64,000 nt of DNA from Bryobacterales bacterium (GCA_965242625.1 CBDEST010000005.1:4467767-4531766), one strand, 5' to 3'; shown: positions 29,861 to 40,698, counted from the stretch's first letter. Notes: a model not told the origin generated them from the sequence alone. Numbers and translations are program-made.

Positions 29861-30490
29861 ATGTCAACACACTCATTTCGACAGCTAGCCATCGTTGGCC
29901 TGATCGCAGTTCTGGTGCTTCCTTGCGCGTTGCTGGCAGATTCGTTCCGCGTGAAGACCGCCGACAAGTATCCGGCCAAGCAGAAACAGGACGATCTGAT
30001 CGTCGCCGTCAAGACCTACGTTTCGGACAAGGACCAGAAAGAGGCCTTCGGCAGCGTCAGACCGTTCAAGCATGGCGTCGCTCCGCTGCTCTTGGTGATC
30101 TCGAACCGAGGCACCAACACTTACTCGCTCGAGAACCTGCAAGTCCGGTTGATCACTGGCGACCGAGAGGGATTGGAGCCGATCAGCGGCGAGGAGTTGG
30201 CGACCTTCAACCCCAAGGGGCACCAGCCGACGCGGAGGCAGATTCCCGGAGTGCCGGGCCTAGGCCGGACCCGCGTGAAGAAAGGGCCGCTCGATCGTGA
30301 CGAGATCACCCAGAACGAGTTCCTGGCGCCCATCGTCGCTCCCAAGAGCACGGCCAGCGGCTTCCTGTACTACTGGGTAGGAGGCGGGGAGGCCCTAGCC
30401 GGCGCGTCCGCTTACATTTCGGGCCTCTACGACATCACCAACGGACGCGATCTCTTCTACTTCGAGATCCCGCTCGGTAAGGGGCGCTGA
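29861..30490 (+). CDS. secreted hypothetical protein
   Basis: ORF 29807..30490 is trimmed to ATG 29861. This removes the overlap with waaA-lpxK and gives the signal peptide MSTHSFRQLAIVGLIAVLVLPCALLA. No recognisable family. Confidence 0.6.
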   Translation: MSTHSFRQLAIVGLIAVLVLPCALLADSFRVKTADKYPAKQKQDDLIVAVKTYVSDKDQKEAFGSVRPFKHGVAPLLLVISNRGTNTYSLENLQVRLITGDREGLEPISGEELATFNPKGHQPTRRQIPGVPGLGRTRVKKGPLDRDEITQNEFLAPIVAPKSTASGFLYYWVGGGEALAGASAYISGLYDITNGRDLFYFEIPLGKGR

Positions 30491-30552
30491 GCGAAGGCCG
30501 CCAACTCGCCAGTCCCTGCGCGTCAAGGCCCGTTGATAGACTAGGGAATTCC

Positions 30553-31668
30553 ATGTTGGAATTGACCTCTTCGGACGGTTCGCGGGACGTCTTCCAATCC
30601 GCGTTTGAATTCGCGCAGGGGCAGGTTCGCGCGCTCGCCGACCGCGATCCGGGTTTCTACCCGATGTACACGGAGGGCGGGCACTGGCGGCATGACAAGC
30701 CCGCTTGGACGCACTGGTGCGACGGTTTCCTCCCGGGGATGATGTGGATCTTCGCCAAGCGCACGGCCGATCCGGCGTGGGCGGAACTAGCTGAGAGCTA
30801 CACGACGCCGCTAGAGCCTCGCAAGATGGATCGCGATGTCCACGACCTCGGTTTCATTTTCCTGTCGACGTATCACCGCTGGCACGCCTTGACCGGGCGC
30901 TCCGAACTCAACGACGTCGTGCTCCAAGCGGGCCGCACCCTCGCCTTGCGCTTCAAGGAAAAGGGCGAGTACATGGCGTCCTTCATGGGCCCGGAGTCGC
31001 TGTTCATCGACATCATGGCCAATGTCGGGATCATCTTCTACGCGGCGCTGCAGACAGGGGATGCCGGGTTGATGGATGTCGCGATGAAGCACAGCCTGAC
31101 CAGCAGGCGCGTGCTCGTCAGAGGCGACGGCAGCTCGTCCCACGAAGGCATCTACGATTTGCAGACTGGGGAATTCCTGCGACAGTCGACGCAGCAGGGG
31201 TGGCGCTCCGATTCCTGCTGGTCGAGAGGGCTGTCGTGGGCGATTTACGGCTTTACCTCGGCCTACAAGTTGGTCCGCGACCCACGGTTCCTCCGGACCG
31301 CCGAACTCTGCAGCGACTACTTTCTCGAGCACGTGCCGCCGCACGGCATTCCGCCGATGGACTTCGACAGTCCCGGCGACGAGCGGCGCGAAGAATCTTC
31401 CGCTGCCGCGATCACTGCGGCAGGCATGTTGCGTCTCGCGAAACTGACTCCTGACAGGGCGAAGGGCATGCTCTACGACCAAGCGGCCCGCCGGATCCTG
31501 CTGACCCTTGCGCAGCCTCCATACCTCGCCGCGGAGACTTCCGGATGGGAGGGAATTCTCAAGGAAGGTATCTATCACCTGGACCTCGGTCTCGGCGTCG
31601 CCGAGTCCGTGATGTGGGGAGAGTACTTCTTCGTCGAGGCACTTGACCGTGCGCTCGGTCAAGAGTGA
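30553..31668 (+). CDS. unsaturated glucuronyl hydrolase-like glycoside hydrolase (GH88 family), cytoplasmic
   Basis: 371 aa with no signal peptide. GH88-type motifs: WTHWCDGFLPGMMW, DVHDLGFIF, WSRGLSWAIYG, MDFDSPG, and an (alpha/alpha)6-like repeat pattern. Confidence 0.85.
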   Translation: MLELTSSDGSRDVFQSAFEFAQGQVRALADRDPGFYPMYTEGGHWRHDKPAWTHWCDGFLPGMMWIFAKRTADPAWAELAESYTTPLEPRKMDRDVHDLGFIFLSTYHRWHALTGRSELNDVVLQAGRTLALRFKEKGEYMASFMGPESLFIDIMANVGIIFYAALQTGDAGLMDVAMKHSLTSRRVLVRGDGSSSHEGIYDLQTGEFLRQSTQQGWRSDSCWSRGLSWAIYGFTSAYKLVRDPRFLRTAELCSDYFLEHVPPHGIPPMDFDSPGDERREESSAAAITAAGMLRLAKLTPDRAKGMLYDQAARRILLTLAQPPYLAAETSGWEGILKEGIYHLDLGLGVAESVMWGEYFFVEALDRALGQE

Positions 31669-31675
31669 ATGCGCG

Positions 31676-33055
31676 CTACTGCCCCTGGTTCGCGTAGCCC
31701 GAATTGTTCGGGTGCCAGGCGGGCATCGAATGCAAGACGCGTTGCAAGCGCGTGCGGATGGCCTTTGTCGAGGGATCTACCGCATCCGCAGCTAGAGACT
31801 GCTCTTCCTCCCAGTCGTGGGGCACGTCGTAGAATCGGCCGTCGTCGTAGAGCTTGAATCGCTTCGTCCGAGCGAAGCGCACCCGCGGGAAGGGAACTTC
31901 GTCTCGGATTGGATCGCGGTCGTAATGCACGAAGACCCAGTCGCGCGGATTTCCCGCGCCGCCCAGCAGTTGCGGCAGGAAGCTGTGACCGTCGAAGTGG
32001 TCGTGCCCGGGTAGCTCGCGGCCCGCTAGATCGGCTAGGGTGGCGAAGAAGTCGCTGAACTCGATCAGGTCGCTGTTCACAAGGCCCGGCGGCACTTTCC
32101 CGGGCCAGTGCGCGAATAGCGGGACGTGCGTTCCGGCGTCCTCGGGAAATGCCTTGCGACCCTTCACCACGCGGTTGCCCAGCATGGATCGCAGACTGCG
32201 GTGCGTGCCATTGTCCCCAGTGAACAGGACCAACGTGTTGTCCGCCAGTCCCATAGCGTCGATGTGGTCGATCAATCGCCCCACCAGATAGTCGGTGTAG
32301 GCGACCATGTCGGCGAAATAGGACGGTTCGCTCTTGAATTTCGACTCGACCGTGATCGATTCGCTGTGCGGCGTCGCGACGAACGGCGAATGTGTCAGCA
32401 CCATGGGGTAGTACAGGAAGAACGGCTCGTCCTTGTGTCGCTCGATGAAATCCAGCGCGAAGTCCGAGAACATGTCCGGACCGTAGTCGTCCATGGATGT
32501 GTGGAGGTAGGCGCCGTTGAGGATGACGGCCGGATGCCAGAAGCGCGAAGTTTGCGTGTTGCCGGGCGGGCCCACCGATCCGTACCGAGCGCGTTCCTCT
32601 TCGGACAACTCGAAGTTGTACGCCCAGTGGATGTATTCGTCGAACCCAGCTTCCGCGGGAGTCATCCCGCTACGGTGCTCCGGCGTGTCCGGGCCGCCCC
32701 ATAGCTGCCACTTGCCGGTCAGACCCGTGGCGTACCCCGCGTCTCGCAGGAAGTGAGCGAATGTCCTCTGGCCCTTCTCCAAGTGTCCGAACCGCCGGTA
32801 GTTGCGCCAGTTGTACTTGCCCGTCATGATCTTGATTCGCGACGGTGTGCAGACCGGCTGGGAATAGCAGTGCGTGAAGCGCATGCCCTCGCGAGCGATG
32901 CGTTCGAACACGGGAGTTTGGTAGCTGGCCCCGCCATTCGCAGAAATACACTCGTAGCCCATGTCATCGGCCATGACGAGCACGACGTTCGGCGGTGCGG
33001 CGATCACAACGGCGGTCGAGGCGAGGGCGAGCAAGACGAAACGCAACGAAGACAT
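31676..33055 (-). CDS. sulfatase (Cys-type), secreted
   Basis: ORF 31676..33088. I prefer ATG 33055, which gives the signal peptide MSSLRFVLLALASTAVVIAA. The longer start at 33088 is possible. Motifs NVVLVMADDMGY and CTPSRIKIMTGKY. Confidence 0.9.
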   Translation of the reverse strand: MSSLRFVLLALASTAVVIAAPPNVVLVMADDMGYECISANGGASYQTPVFERIAREGMRFTHCYSQPVCTPSRIKIMTGKYNWRNYRRFGHLEKGQRTFAHFLRDAGYATGLTGKWQLWGGPDTPEHRSGMTPAEAGFDEYIHWAYNFELSEEERARYGSVGPPGNTQTSRFWHPAVILNGAYLHTSMDDYGPDMFSDFALDFIERHKDEPFFLYYPMVLTHSPFVATPHSESITVESKFKSEPSYFADMVAYTDYLVGRLIDHIDAMGLADNTLVLFTGDNGTHRSLRSMLGNRVVKGRKAFPEDAGTHVPLFAHWPGKVPPGLVNSDLIEFSDFFATLADLAGRELPGHDHFDGHSFLPQLLGGAGNPRDWVFVHYDRDPIRDEVPFPRVRFARTKRFKLYDDGRFYDVPHDWEEEQSLAADAVDPSTKAIRTRLQRVLHSMPAWHPNNSGYANQGQ

Positions 33056-33318
33056 GGGCCGATTCACATTCTCGCCGATGGACCCCACGATTTGCGGCGA
33101 ACTCGTGCTGTGGAGTTTGCCAGCACCTCACTGTTACGGCATTGTTTCTGTCCGCCGCCAAGTGCCGGTGCGGGTGCCAACTGGAGGTATCGAACTCTTG
33201 GAAGGCGTGACGCGGACCAATTTGGCGAGCCTGATCGACTCGAAGTCCCTTCGGCCGGACTGTCGAGATCCCCCGCCTCCGTAACATCGGCTCCCAGCGC
33301 AGTAGACTGCATCCGACG

Positions 33319-34605
33319 ATGCCACGTCGATGCCCCTTGTACGTTTTCGGTTGGTGCGTGCTCGTAGTCTCTTCGATCCACTGCGGTCCAGTCGATACGG
33401 AGTCCGCTACGTGGCCGGATGGAGCTTGGCCCCGCCACACGATTGACGACTCTTCGTTGGGAGCGGATGGAGTCCGCTTGGGGGACATCGATGGAGACGG
33501 ATTGCTCGATATCGCGTCGCCTTGGGAACAAGGTGGACTCGTGCGTGTTTACCTCAATCCAGGCCCCGATGGTCTCAGAGACCACTGGCCAGCGGTCACG
33601 GTCGGGGAAGTGGGAGATCCAGAGGACGCGTTCTTTGCTGACCTCGATGGAGATGGGAAGTTTGAGGTAGTCAGCTCATGCGAAGGGGAGACCCGGTCCA
33701 TCTATGTTCATTGGGCTCCGGCCGATTCAGGTGCGCTCTTAGAGCCGAGCGCGTGGACTACCGAGAAACTGCCAGTCGCCGAAGGAGAGATGGCATGGAT
33801 GTTTGCAGCGTTCGCACAGGTGGACGGGAGGCTCGGTCCGGACCTGATCGCCGGTGGCAAGGGGGATGGGGCGGGAATCGGCTGGTTCGAAGCGCCCGAA
33901 ACTCCTCGAAGACTGGCGGACTGGACTTGGCACCCTCTTTACAGGGCTGGTTGGATCATGACGATCCGTCCTAACGACATGGATGGTGACGGCGACGTGG
34001 ACATCGTCGCTACAGACCGGACGGGGGAAAGACGCGGGGCCTTGTGGCTGGAGAATCCCGGCCCGGACCGAGCTGGCTCCTTGAAGTGGGCTGAGCGCCG
34101 TATCGGTCCGGTGAACGATCACGAGGCCATGCACAACGCGATCGCAGACCTTGACGCGGATGGCTTGGACGATCTCCTCGTGGCTGTCAAGGGCGAAGCC
34201 CTGCGCTTTCATCGCCGGACCGGCAGGAGTCCGATCGCTTGGGAGACTTACCAGATCGAGATGCCTCCGAATACAGGTAGCGGCAAGTCCATCGATGCGG
34301 GGGACATCGATCTTGACGGCCAAATCGACTTGGTGGTGGCTTGCGAGCACGCCACCGATGGGAAGATCGGAGTGTTTTGGATGTCGCATCCCGGAGACCC
34401 CAAGGCGTCACGCTGGCAGGCGATGTCGATCAGCGGTCCCGAAGGCTTCATCTACGACCTGATCCAGCTGGTTGACTTGGATGGAGACGGTGACCTCGAC
34501 GTGCTGACGCTCGAAGAGAAGGGCCCGTATTTAGCGCGGGGTTACCGAGGTCGCGAGTTGGGGGTGGTATGGTACGAAAATCCAACCTCGGGCCTGTTGC
34601 CGTAG
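33319..34605 (+). CDS. FG-GAP/VCBS repeat beta-propeller protein, secreted
   Basis: N-terminal hydrophobic signal, then six or seven Ca-binding-type repeats: DIDGDGLLDI, DLDGDGKFEV, DMDGDGDVDIV, DLDADGLDDLL, DIDLDGQIDLVV, DLDGDGDLDVL. Confidence 0.85.
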   Translation: MPRRCPLYVFGWCVLVVSSIHCGPVDTESATWPDGAWPRHTIDDSSLGADGVRLGDIDGDGLLDIASPWEQGGLVRVYLNPGPDGLRDHWPAVTVGEVGDPEDAFFADLDGDGKFEVVSSCEGETRSIYVHWAPADSGALLEPSAWTTEKLPVAEGEMAWMFAAFAQVDGRLGPDLIAGGKGDGAGIGWFEAPETPRRLADWTWHPLYRAGWIMTIRPNDMDGDGDVDIVATDRTGERRGALWLENPGPDRAGSLKWAERRIGPVNDHEAMHNAIADLDADGLDDLLVAVKGEALRFHRRTGRSPIAWETYQIEMPPNTGSGKSIDAGDIDLDGQIDLVVACEHATDGKIGVFWMSHPGDPKASRWQAMSISGPEGFIYDLIQLVDLDGDGDLDVLTLEEKGPYLARGYRGRELGVVWYENPTSGLLP

Positions 34606-34770
34606 TGCTGATGCGGTACCCGCAATCACCGCAGCCTCGCGGATCGAAACGCGTAGCCCTTCACGCCTGAATTTACAAAGGTCTTACAGTGCTGCTGGGC
34701 ATCGTATGTCACGACTCACTGACGATCCGTCGTCTATTCGACTGAAGGGACCACAAGCGAGGCTAGACCC

Positions 34771-36183
34771 ATGAAACCAGTAGTCAACGTCCGGAAGCCA
34801 TCGATCCCCGGGGACGGTCCGGTGCCCGTGCCGGTTCGATCGGCTCCGGATCTGAAACTGTCCAGATCGACGGTGATCGTCCTTGGGCTCCTTGGGGCGG
34901 CCTTGGGCTTGGGGATCTACCAAGCCCTGGACCGCACCCCCGAGCAAGTCACCGCGTCCCAGTCGACCGAAGTTGCGCTCTACGAAGTCCAGCGCGGGCG
35001 CTTCGAGAGCAGGCTGAGGGCCGGCGGAACGGTAGGCGCGGTCAACTTCGCGATGATCCGCGCTCCGCGCATGCGGGGCGGTCGAGATCGCGGGGGAGGC
35101 GGATCCTTGACCATCCAGACTCTGGCAGAGCCGGGGACGATTGTGCAGAAGGGGGAGGTCGTGGCCTCCTTCGAGGCACGGCGCACGGCCGACATCATGG
35201 ACGACTACGAGTCGAGGCTGGCCCAGACCAAGCGGAGGACTGCTAGCAACAAGGCCAGTTTGATGATTTCATCCGAGAACTTGCGGCAGAACCTGCTCAA
35301 GGCGCAGTCCGATGTGCGGAAAGCAGCGCTCGATCTGCAGACCGCCGAAGTGAAGTCTCGGATCCAAGCCGAAATCCTCGCCCTCCAGACCGATCAGCAT
35401 CAAGCAACGGCGAAGCAGCTGGAACAGGAGGTGGAGTTGACTGCGATCGCTGACGCGGCGTACACACGCAGCTTGGAGATCGACGTGGAGAGGGATCTCC
35501 GGCGATTGGAACGGACCGCGTCCGACTTGGAAAAAATGAACTTGCGTACTCCGGTAGCGGGCTTGGTCGTGATCGAATCCATGTTCCGACGCGACTCCAC
35601 CGCCCAAACGTCGGCTGGCGACCAAGTGAATCCAGGGTCCTACTTCATGCGCATCGTCGATCTCTCGAAGATGGCGGTATTCGCCAGCATCAATCAGGCG
35701 GACGCGCAACTGGTCGAGATTGGCACCCCGGCGGAAGTCCGTCTCGATGCGTACCCCGGCGCGGTCTTTGAAGGGCGAGTGTCTTCGATAGGGGCGGTCG
35801 CGGCGGCCGTGGGTTCCTCAGGCGGCGGAAGGGGGCCGCGCGGTGGTTCCCGCAGTTCAGGAGGGCAGTGGGTCAAGCAAGTCGCGGTAGAGATCGAGAT
35901 CCTCAGTGAGGACGACCGAATCAAGCCGGATCTGTCGGCGAGCGCGGACATCTTGATTGCCGCTGCAGACGACGCGGTCGTAGTGCCTCGCGCCGCCGTC
36001 GGATCCTTGACGGACGAACCTGTCGTCTGGGTGCGGCAGGGCGAGCGATTCGACCAGCGTACGGTAGAAATTGGAATGCAGAGCGACACCGAGGTCACCG
36101 TGCTGTCCGGACTGAGCGCAGGCGAAGTCATCGCGTCGCAACGAGTTTCGGACCCGGCGGTCGCGGTCGTGGCACTTCAGTGA
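34771..36183 (+). CDS. HlyD/MacA-type periplasmic adaptor (membrane fusion protein)
   Basis: N-terminal TM anchor (VIVLGLLGAALGLGIYQAL), a long coiled-coil region (..LQTAEVKSRIQAEILALQTDQHQATAKQLEQEVEL..), a beta-barrel/lipoyl-like part (TPVAGLVVIE, GQEV..VRLDAYPG..FEGRVSSI), and a Gly/Ser/Arg-rich insertion. Confidence 0.8.
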   Translation: MKPVVNVRKPSIPGDGPVPVPVRSAPDLKLSRSTVIVLGLLGAALGLGIYQALDRTPEQVTASQSTEVALYEVQRGRFESRLRAGGTVGAVNFAMIRAPRMRGGRDRGGGGSLTIQTLAEPGTIVQKGEVVASFEARRTADIMDDYESRLAQTKRRTASNKASLMISSENLRQNLLKAQSDVRKAALDLQTAEVKSRIQAEILALQTDQHQATAKQLEQEVELTAIADAAYTRSLEIDVERDLRRLERTASDLEKMNLRTPVAGLVVIESMFRRDSTAQTSAGDQVNPGSYFMRIVDLSKMAVFASINQADAQLVEIGTPAEVRLDAYPGAVFEGRVSSIGAVAAAVGSSGGGRGPRGGSRSSGGQWVKQVAVEIEILSEDDRIKPDLSASADILIAAADDAVVVPRAAVGSLTDEPVVWVRQGERFDQRTVEIGMQSDTEVTVLSGLSAGEVIASQRVSDPAVAVVALQ

Positions 36184-36356
36184 CGCGCGGCTGACTTGGT
36201 TGACTGGCGAGTCGGCGCGATGGAATCCCACCTTCAGGGAGGCCCCGGAGCACCGCAAAGTAGCGGCCCGGCCTCCGTGAGCACTCGCTACCGATCCGGA
36301 TGAGACAGGTCGGCTGGGTGGGCGTAGAAGTGTCCCCAAAGGCGCGGGATTGCCAA

Positions 36357-39032
36357 TCAAAGGCCCGAGAGCGTGCCCTTGATCCGATCGATCTGGGATT
36401 CGTAGTCGACTAGCTTCTTGCGAAGTCCTTGGACTACGTGTTCCGGGGCTTTCGACACGAAGGCCTCGTTCGCGAGCCGGCCCCGCGCTCCCCCCGCAGC
36501 CTTCTCGAGCTGCCCGAGTTGCTTCTGCAGTTTCTCGCGCAGCGCCGCCTTGCGCCCCTCCGGGAGTTCCAAGGACATGTCGAAGTTCGCGGTGTGCCCC
36601 ATCGCCTGCCCGGCGGCGGCCTGCCCACGTTCAGACTGCAATTCGACTCCGCCTAATCGCAGCAACGCGACGCGCTCGGTATGCACGATTGAGCGAACGA
36701 TCTCGTTGTCGCTGTGAATCGTGCCGCGCAGCGTGTCCTTCGGGGAGAGATTCAATTCGGCGCGCAAGTTCCGGGCGGTGGTCACCAAGTCCTGGAGGAT
36801 GCTGACGCGACTTTCTGCGTCCGGATCGGCATCGCCGGGGACCGGTTGAGGATACGCGGTGAGGGCGATTGATCTTGGCCGGCCCGGCGTGTGCTCCGTT
36901 AGGCGCTGCCACAGGTCCTCGGTGATGAAGGGCATGACCGGATGCAGGAGCCTCAAGGATCGATCCGTCGCGGCGAGCATGTTCTTCCACCCGTTCGTGA
37001 GGCCGGAGCCGTCAACGAACGACAGCTTCTTCAACTCGATGTACCAGTCGCAGAACTCGTGCCAGAAGAAGTGGTACAGCGTGCTTGCAACCTCGTGATA
37101 CCGAAATTTCTCGATGTGCTCGCTAGCCTGCGCGGCGACGGTGCTGAGGCGCGAGTAGATCCAACGATCTGCCAGCGATACATCCCCCGAGTCTTCGTCC
37201 GGGAGGGGGCGGAAGGCGCCGAGGTCCTCGGGGGTCCAGACCGTAGCGCCCGCCCGCTCGACGCTCATGCCCACGAATCGCAAGGCATTCCAAATCTTGT
37301 TCGCGAACGTTCGGTAGCCGGCGATGCGTTCCTCCTTCAGGACCACGTCGGATCCTTGACCTGCGGAAGCGACCAGCGCGAAACGCACCGCGTCCGTGCC
37401 ATACCGCTCGGTCATGACGATCGGGTCGATGACGTTGCCCTTGGTCTTGGACATCTTCTGCTTGTCGGCGTCCCGCACGAGTCCGTGGATGAACACCTTG
37501 CGGAAAGGAACGTTTCCGGTCATCGCGATACCGAGCATCATCATCCGCGCGACCCAGAAGAACAGGATGTCGAAGCCGGTGTTGAGCAGCGTCGTCGGGT
37601 AGAACGCCTTCAAGTCATGCGTCTCGTCCGGCCAGCCCATGGTCGAAAACGGCCACAGCCCGGAACTGAACCACGTATCGAGCACGTCCGACTCGCGATG
37701 GGTGATCGACGCGCCGCGCTTGGCCGCCGCGCGGCCGGCTTCTTCCTCGGAGCGCGCCACCACGAACGATCCGTCTGTGAGATGCCATGCCGGTATCTGG
37801 TGCCCCCACCACAGTTGCCGGGAAATGCACCAGTCCCGGATGTTGTGCATCCACTCGAAATAGTTGCGCTGCCACTGGTCCGGGAAAATTTGCGTGCGCC
37901 CCTCTTCGACGGCCTCGATCGCTGCAGCAGCCAGAGTCTTGGTTCGCACGAACCACTGCGTCGAGACTCGCGGCTCGACGGCCATGCCTGATCGCTGGCT
38001 CCGGCCGATGTTGTTGGAATAATCCTCGATTCGCTCGACAAGCTCGAGTGCGTCGAGGTCTTCGACCACGCGCTTGCGGGCCGCGTAGCGGTCCATCCCA
38101 GCGTATTTGCCGCCGCGCTCGTTGATCCGGGCCTTCTCGTCGAGAATCGTGATGCATTCGAGACCGTGGCGCTGGCCGACAGCGAAGTCGTTCGGGTCGT
38201 GCGCCGGAGTTACCTTGACCACCCCCGTTCCGAACTCCGGGTCGACGAATTCGTCGCATACGACGGGCAGCTTGCGCCCCACCAAGGGCAGCGTCACGCT
38301 GCGACCGTGCAGGTGCCGGTAGCGCGGGTCTTCCGGGTGAATGGCCACTGCGGTGTCGCCCAGCATCGTCTCCGGGCGCGTGGTCGCTACTACGATGTAT
38401 TCGCCGCGCTCGCCGTCAATCGGATACCGCAGATGCCAGAGCGAGCCCTTCTGCGTCTCGTACTCCACCTCTAGGTCCGAGATGGCGGTTTGCGTGCCCG
38501 GATCCCAGTTGACCATGTATTCCCCGCGATAGACCAAGCCGCGCTCGTACAGCCGGACGAAGCACTCGGTCACCGCGCGCGAGAGACCCGGATCCATCGT
38601 GAAACGCTCGCGGGACCAATCGCAGCTCGCCCCCACGCGCTTGAGCTGATTGACGATCCGGCCTCCGTAAGTCTCCTTCCATTGCCAGACGCGCTCGAGG
38701 AACTTCTCGCGACCGAGCGACCTGCGATCTGATCCCTCGGTGGCTAGTTGACGCTCGACCAGCATCTGCGTCGCGATGCCGGCGTGGTCGGTACCCGGCA
38801 GCCACAGCACGTTCCTGCCTTTCATGCGTTGCCAGCGCATCGTGATGTCGACCTGCGCCGTCTCGAACATATGCCCCATGTGCAGGGCGCCGGTCACGTT
38901 CGGGGGCGGGATGACAAGCGAGAACACCGGCTTGTCCGATGTCGCGTCGGCTTGGAACAGACCCTCGCTGACCCACCGTTCGGCCCACGCAGGCTCGATG
39001 CGCGAGGGGTCGTAGGCTTTGGCTAATTGCAT
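36357..39032 (-). CDS. valS: valine--tRNA ligase
   Basis: 891 aa. Class I motifs [12 protein letters not shown] (HIGH) and KMSKTKGN (KMSKS), a ValRS-typical editing domain, and a C-terminal coiled coil. Confidence 0.97.
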   Translation of the reverse strand: MQLAKAYDPSRIEPAWAERWVSEGLFQADATSDKPVFSLVIPPPNVTGALHMGHMFETAQVDITMRWQRMKGRNVLWLPGTDHAGIATQMLVERQLATEGSDRRSLGREKFLERVWQWKETYGGRIVNQLKRVGASCDWSRERFTMDPGLSRAVTECFVRLYERGLVYRGEYMVNWDPGTQTAISDLEVEYETQKGSLWHLRYPIDGERGEYIVVATTRPETMLGDTAVAIHPEDPRYRHLHGRSVTLPLVGRKLPVVCDEFVDPEFGTGVVKVTPAHDPNDFAVGQRHGLECITILDEKARINERGGKYAGMDRYAARKRVVEDLDALELVERIEDYSNNIGRSQRSGMAVEPRVSTQWFVRTKTLAAAAIEAVEEGRTQIFPDQWQRNYFEWMHNIRDWCISRQLWWGHQIPAWHLTDGSFVVARSEEEAGRAAAKRGASITHRESDVLDTWFSSGLWPFSTMGWPDETHDLKAFYPTTLLNTGFDILFFWVARMMMLGIAMTGNVPFRKVFIHGLVRDADKQKMSKTKGNVIDPIVMTERYGTDAVRFALVASAGQGSDVVLKEERIAGYRTFANKIWNALRFVGMSVERAGATVWTPEDLGAFRPLPDEDSGDVSLADRWIYSRLSTVAAQASEHIEKFRYHEVASTLYHFFWHEFCDWYIELKKLSFVDGSGLTNGWKNMLAATDRSLRLLHPVMPFITEDLWQRLTEHTPGRPRSIALTAYPQPVPGDADPDAESRVSILQDLVTTARNLRAELNLSPKDTLRGTIHSDNEIVRSIVHTERVALLRLGGVELQSERGQAAAGQAMGHTANFDMSLELPEGRKAALREKLQKQLGQLEKAAGGARGRLANEAFVSKAPEHVVQGLRKKLVDYESQIDRIKGTLSGL

Positions 39033-39167
39033 GGATACTGGTGGGAACTAGACGAATAACGCCAACAAGCCCAATTTACAACAATCGCTCTCGCATGCAT
39101 CGTCCCCCTATGTCGACCCTCCCGATCGGCTCCGCGGCTTGCCTGCCATCGGTGCGGGAGGGATATC

Positions 39168-40082
39168 ATGAAGGGCATGCCGCGCCCCATGGACGTGTAC
39201 GAGGAACTCGTCGAACTGCGTCGCGCTGGGCAGAAATGCGCCGTCGCGACCATCGTCGAGGTGGCCGGGTCCATCCCGAGCTTTCAGAGCGCGAAGATGC
39301 TCATCCGCGAAGACGGTACGATGGTTGGAACCATCGGGGGTGGCTGCACGGAGGCTGAGGTCTGGCAGGCGGCGCGGGATGTCATGGACACCGAGCAACC
39401 CCGGATGCTGCAGTTTCATCTCGGCCAGGACGCCGCGTACGACAACGGTTTGATTTGCGGCGGGCAGCTCAACGTTTACGTGGAACCCGTGCTTCCCATC
39501 CCGCGTGCCCTGATTTTCGGTGCAGGACACATATCCAAGAGCCTGTCGAAAGTAGCCACTCTCGCGGGATTCGCGACGACCGTCATCGATAACCGCGAGA
39601 CGTACGCGAATCAAGAGCGGTTCCCGGAAGCGGCCGAGGTGATCGCTGCCGAGTACGAAGAGGTCTTCCCGCAGCTACCGGCCAACGACTCGACTTACGT
39701 GATCATCGTGACGCGTGGCCACCGCGATGACATGCGCGTGTTGCGGTGGGCGGTCAGTCAGCCGTTGCGCTACATCGGGATGATCGGCTCGAAGCGCAAG
39801 ACGATCGAGGTCGCCAAGCATCTGCGCCGGGAGGGGATTCCGGCCGAGAGTCTGGCGGGGGTACACGCCCCTATGGGTCTGGACATCGGAGCCGTGACGC
39901 CGGAGGAAATCGCGGTGGCGGTGGTGGCGGAAATGATCCGGCGACGGCGGCACTCGGATCGGGATTGGAATCCGCTCTCGATGTCGGTCTTCGCGGAGGG
40001 CGTCCCCAAGGCGGTGGAAGTCGCGTCAAGCGGGACCGCCGAGCAGATCGACGCACCTGCAACGCTCGCGGAATCGCGGTGA
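39168..40082 (+). CDS. XdhC/CoxI family molybdoenzyme maturation protein
   Basis: N-terminus VYEELVELRRAGQKCAVATIVEVAGSIPS, GGCTEAEV and the Rossmann-like ALIFGAGHISKSL are typical of XdhC. GGGAGGG lies 5-6 nt upstream of ATG 39168. Confidence 0.85.
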   Translation: MKGMPRPMDVYEELVELRRAGQKCAVATIVEVAGSIPSFQSAKMLIREDGTMVGTIGGGCTEAEVWQAARDVMDTEQPRMLQFHLGQDAAYDNGLICGGQLNVYVEPVLPIPRALIFGAGHISKSLSKVATLAGFATTVIDNRETYANQERFPEAAEVIAAEYEEVFPQLPANDSTYVIIVTRGHRDDMRVLRWAVSQPLRYIGMIGSKRKTIEVAKHLRREGIPAESLAGVHAPMGLDIGAVTPEEIAVAVVAEMIRRRRHSDRDWNPLSMSVFAEGVPKAVEVASSGTAEQIDAPATLAESR

Positions 40083-40672
40083 CCGCCGTCGCGTTGATCC
40101 TCGCCGCCGGTCGTTCGTCACGCATGGGGCGTGACAAAGCGCTCCTGCCGTACCGCGGGCGTGACTTCCTGAGCCACTTGGTCTACCTCGCTCTGCCTCG
40201 CGTGAGCGGAATCGTGGCCGTTCTGGGCCACCACGCCGAGAGAGTTTCCCGCTCGCTACCAGACTCGCCCAGGGTGCAAAGCGTCATCAACAGCGATTAC
40301 GATCGCGGGATGCTGTCTTCGCTCCAAGCCGGACTGGCGCAAGTCCCCGCAGGCACGGACTGGATCCTCTGGATGTTGGTCGACCATCCGGCGGTGAGGG
40401 GCAGGACGCTCGATACGCTGTTGAGCACAGCTAGGGACACGCATGCTCCTTTGGTCATTCCCCGTTGCAATGGACAGAGGGGCCACCCGATCATGGTTTC
40501 CGGACGCGTCGCTAACGAGATTCTCGAGTTGCCGGTGGAAGCGAGTCCTCAGGATGTCGTGCGGGCGCACTACGGGCAGGCAGCGTTCGTGGAAGTAGAG
40601 GACGATGGCGTGCTGCGCGACGTGGATATCCCCGAAGAATTTGAAGCCCTTGGCGGCGGCGCAACGGGATAG
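40079..40672 (+). CDS. MobA/MocA-like nucleotidyltransferase (molybdenum cofactor cytidylyl/guanylyltransferase family)
   Basis: The GTG start overlaps the XdhC stop (GTGA at 40079-40082). The N-terminus VALILAAGRSSRMGRDKALLPYRG is the family signature. The rest of listed ORF 39746..40672 upstream is off-frame overlap with xdhC. Confidence 0.8.
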   Translation: MTAVALILAAGRSSRMGRDKALLPYRGRDFLSHLVYLALPRVSGIVAVLGHHAERVSRSLPDSPRVQSVINSDYDRGMLSSLQAGLAQVPAGTDWILWMLVDHPAVRGRTLDTLLSTARDTHAPLVIPRCNGQRGHPIMVSGRVANEILELPVEASPQDVVRAHYGQAAFVEVEDDGVLRDVDIPEEFEALGGGATG

Positions 40673-40698
40673 CGCCGCAACGCTCGCTCGACTCTCGC

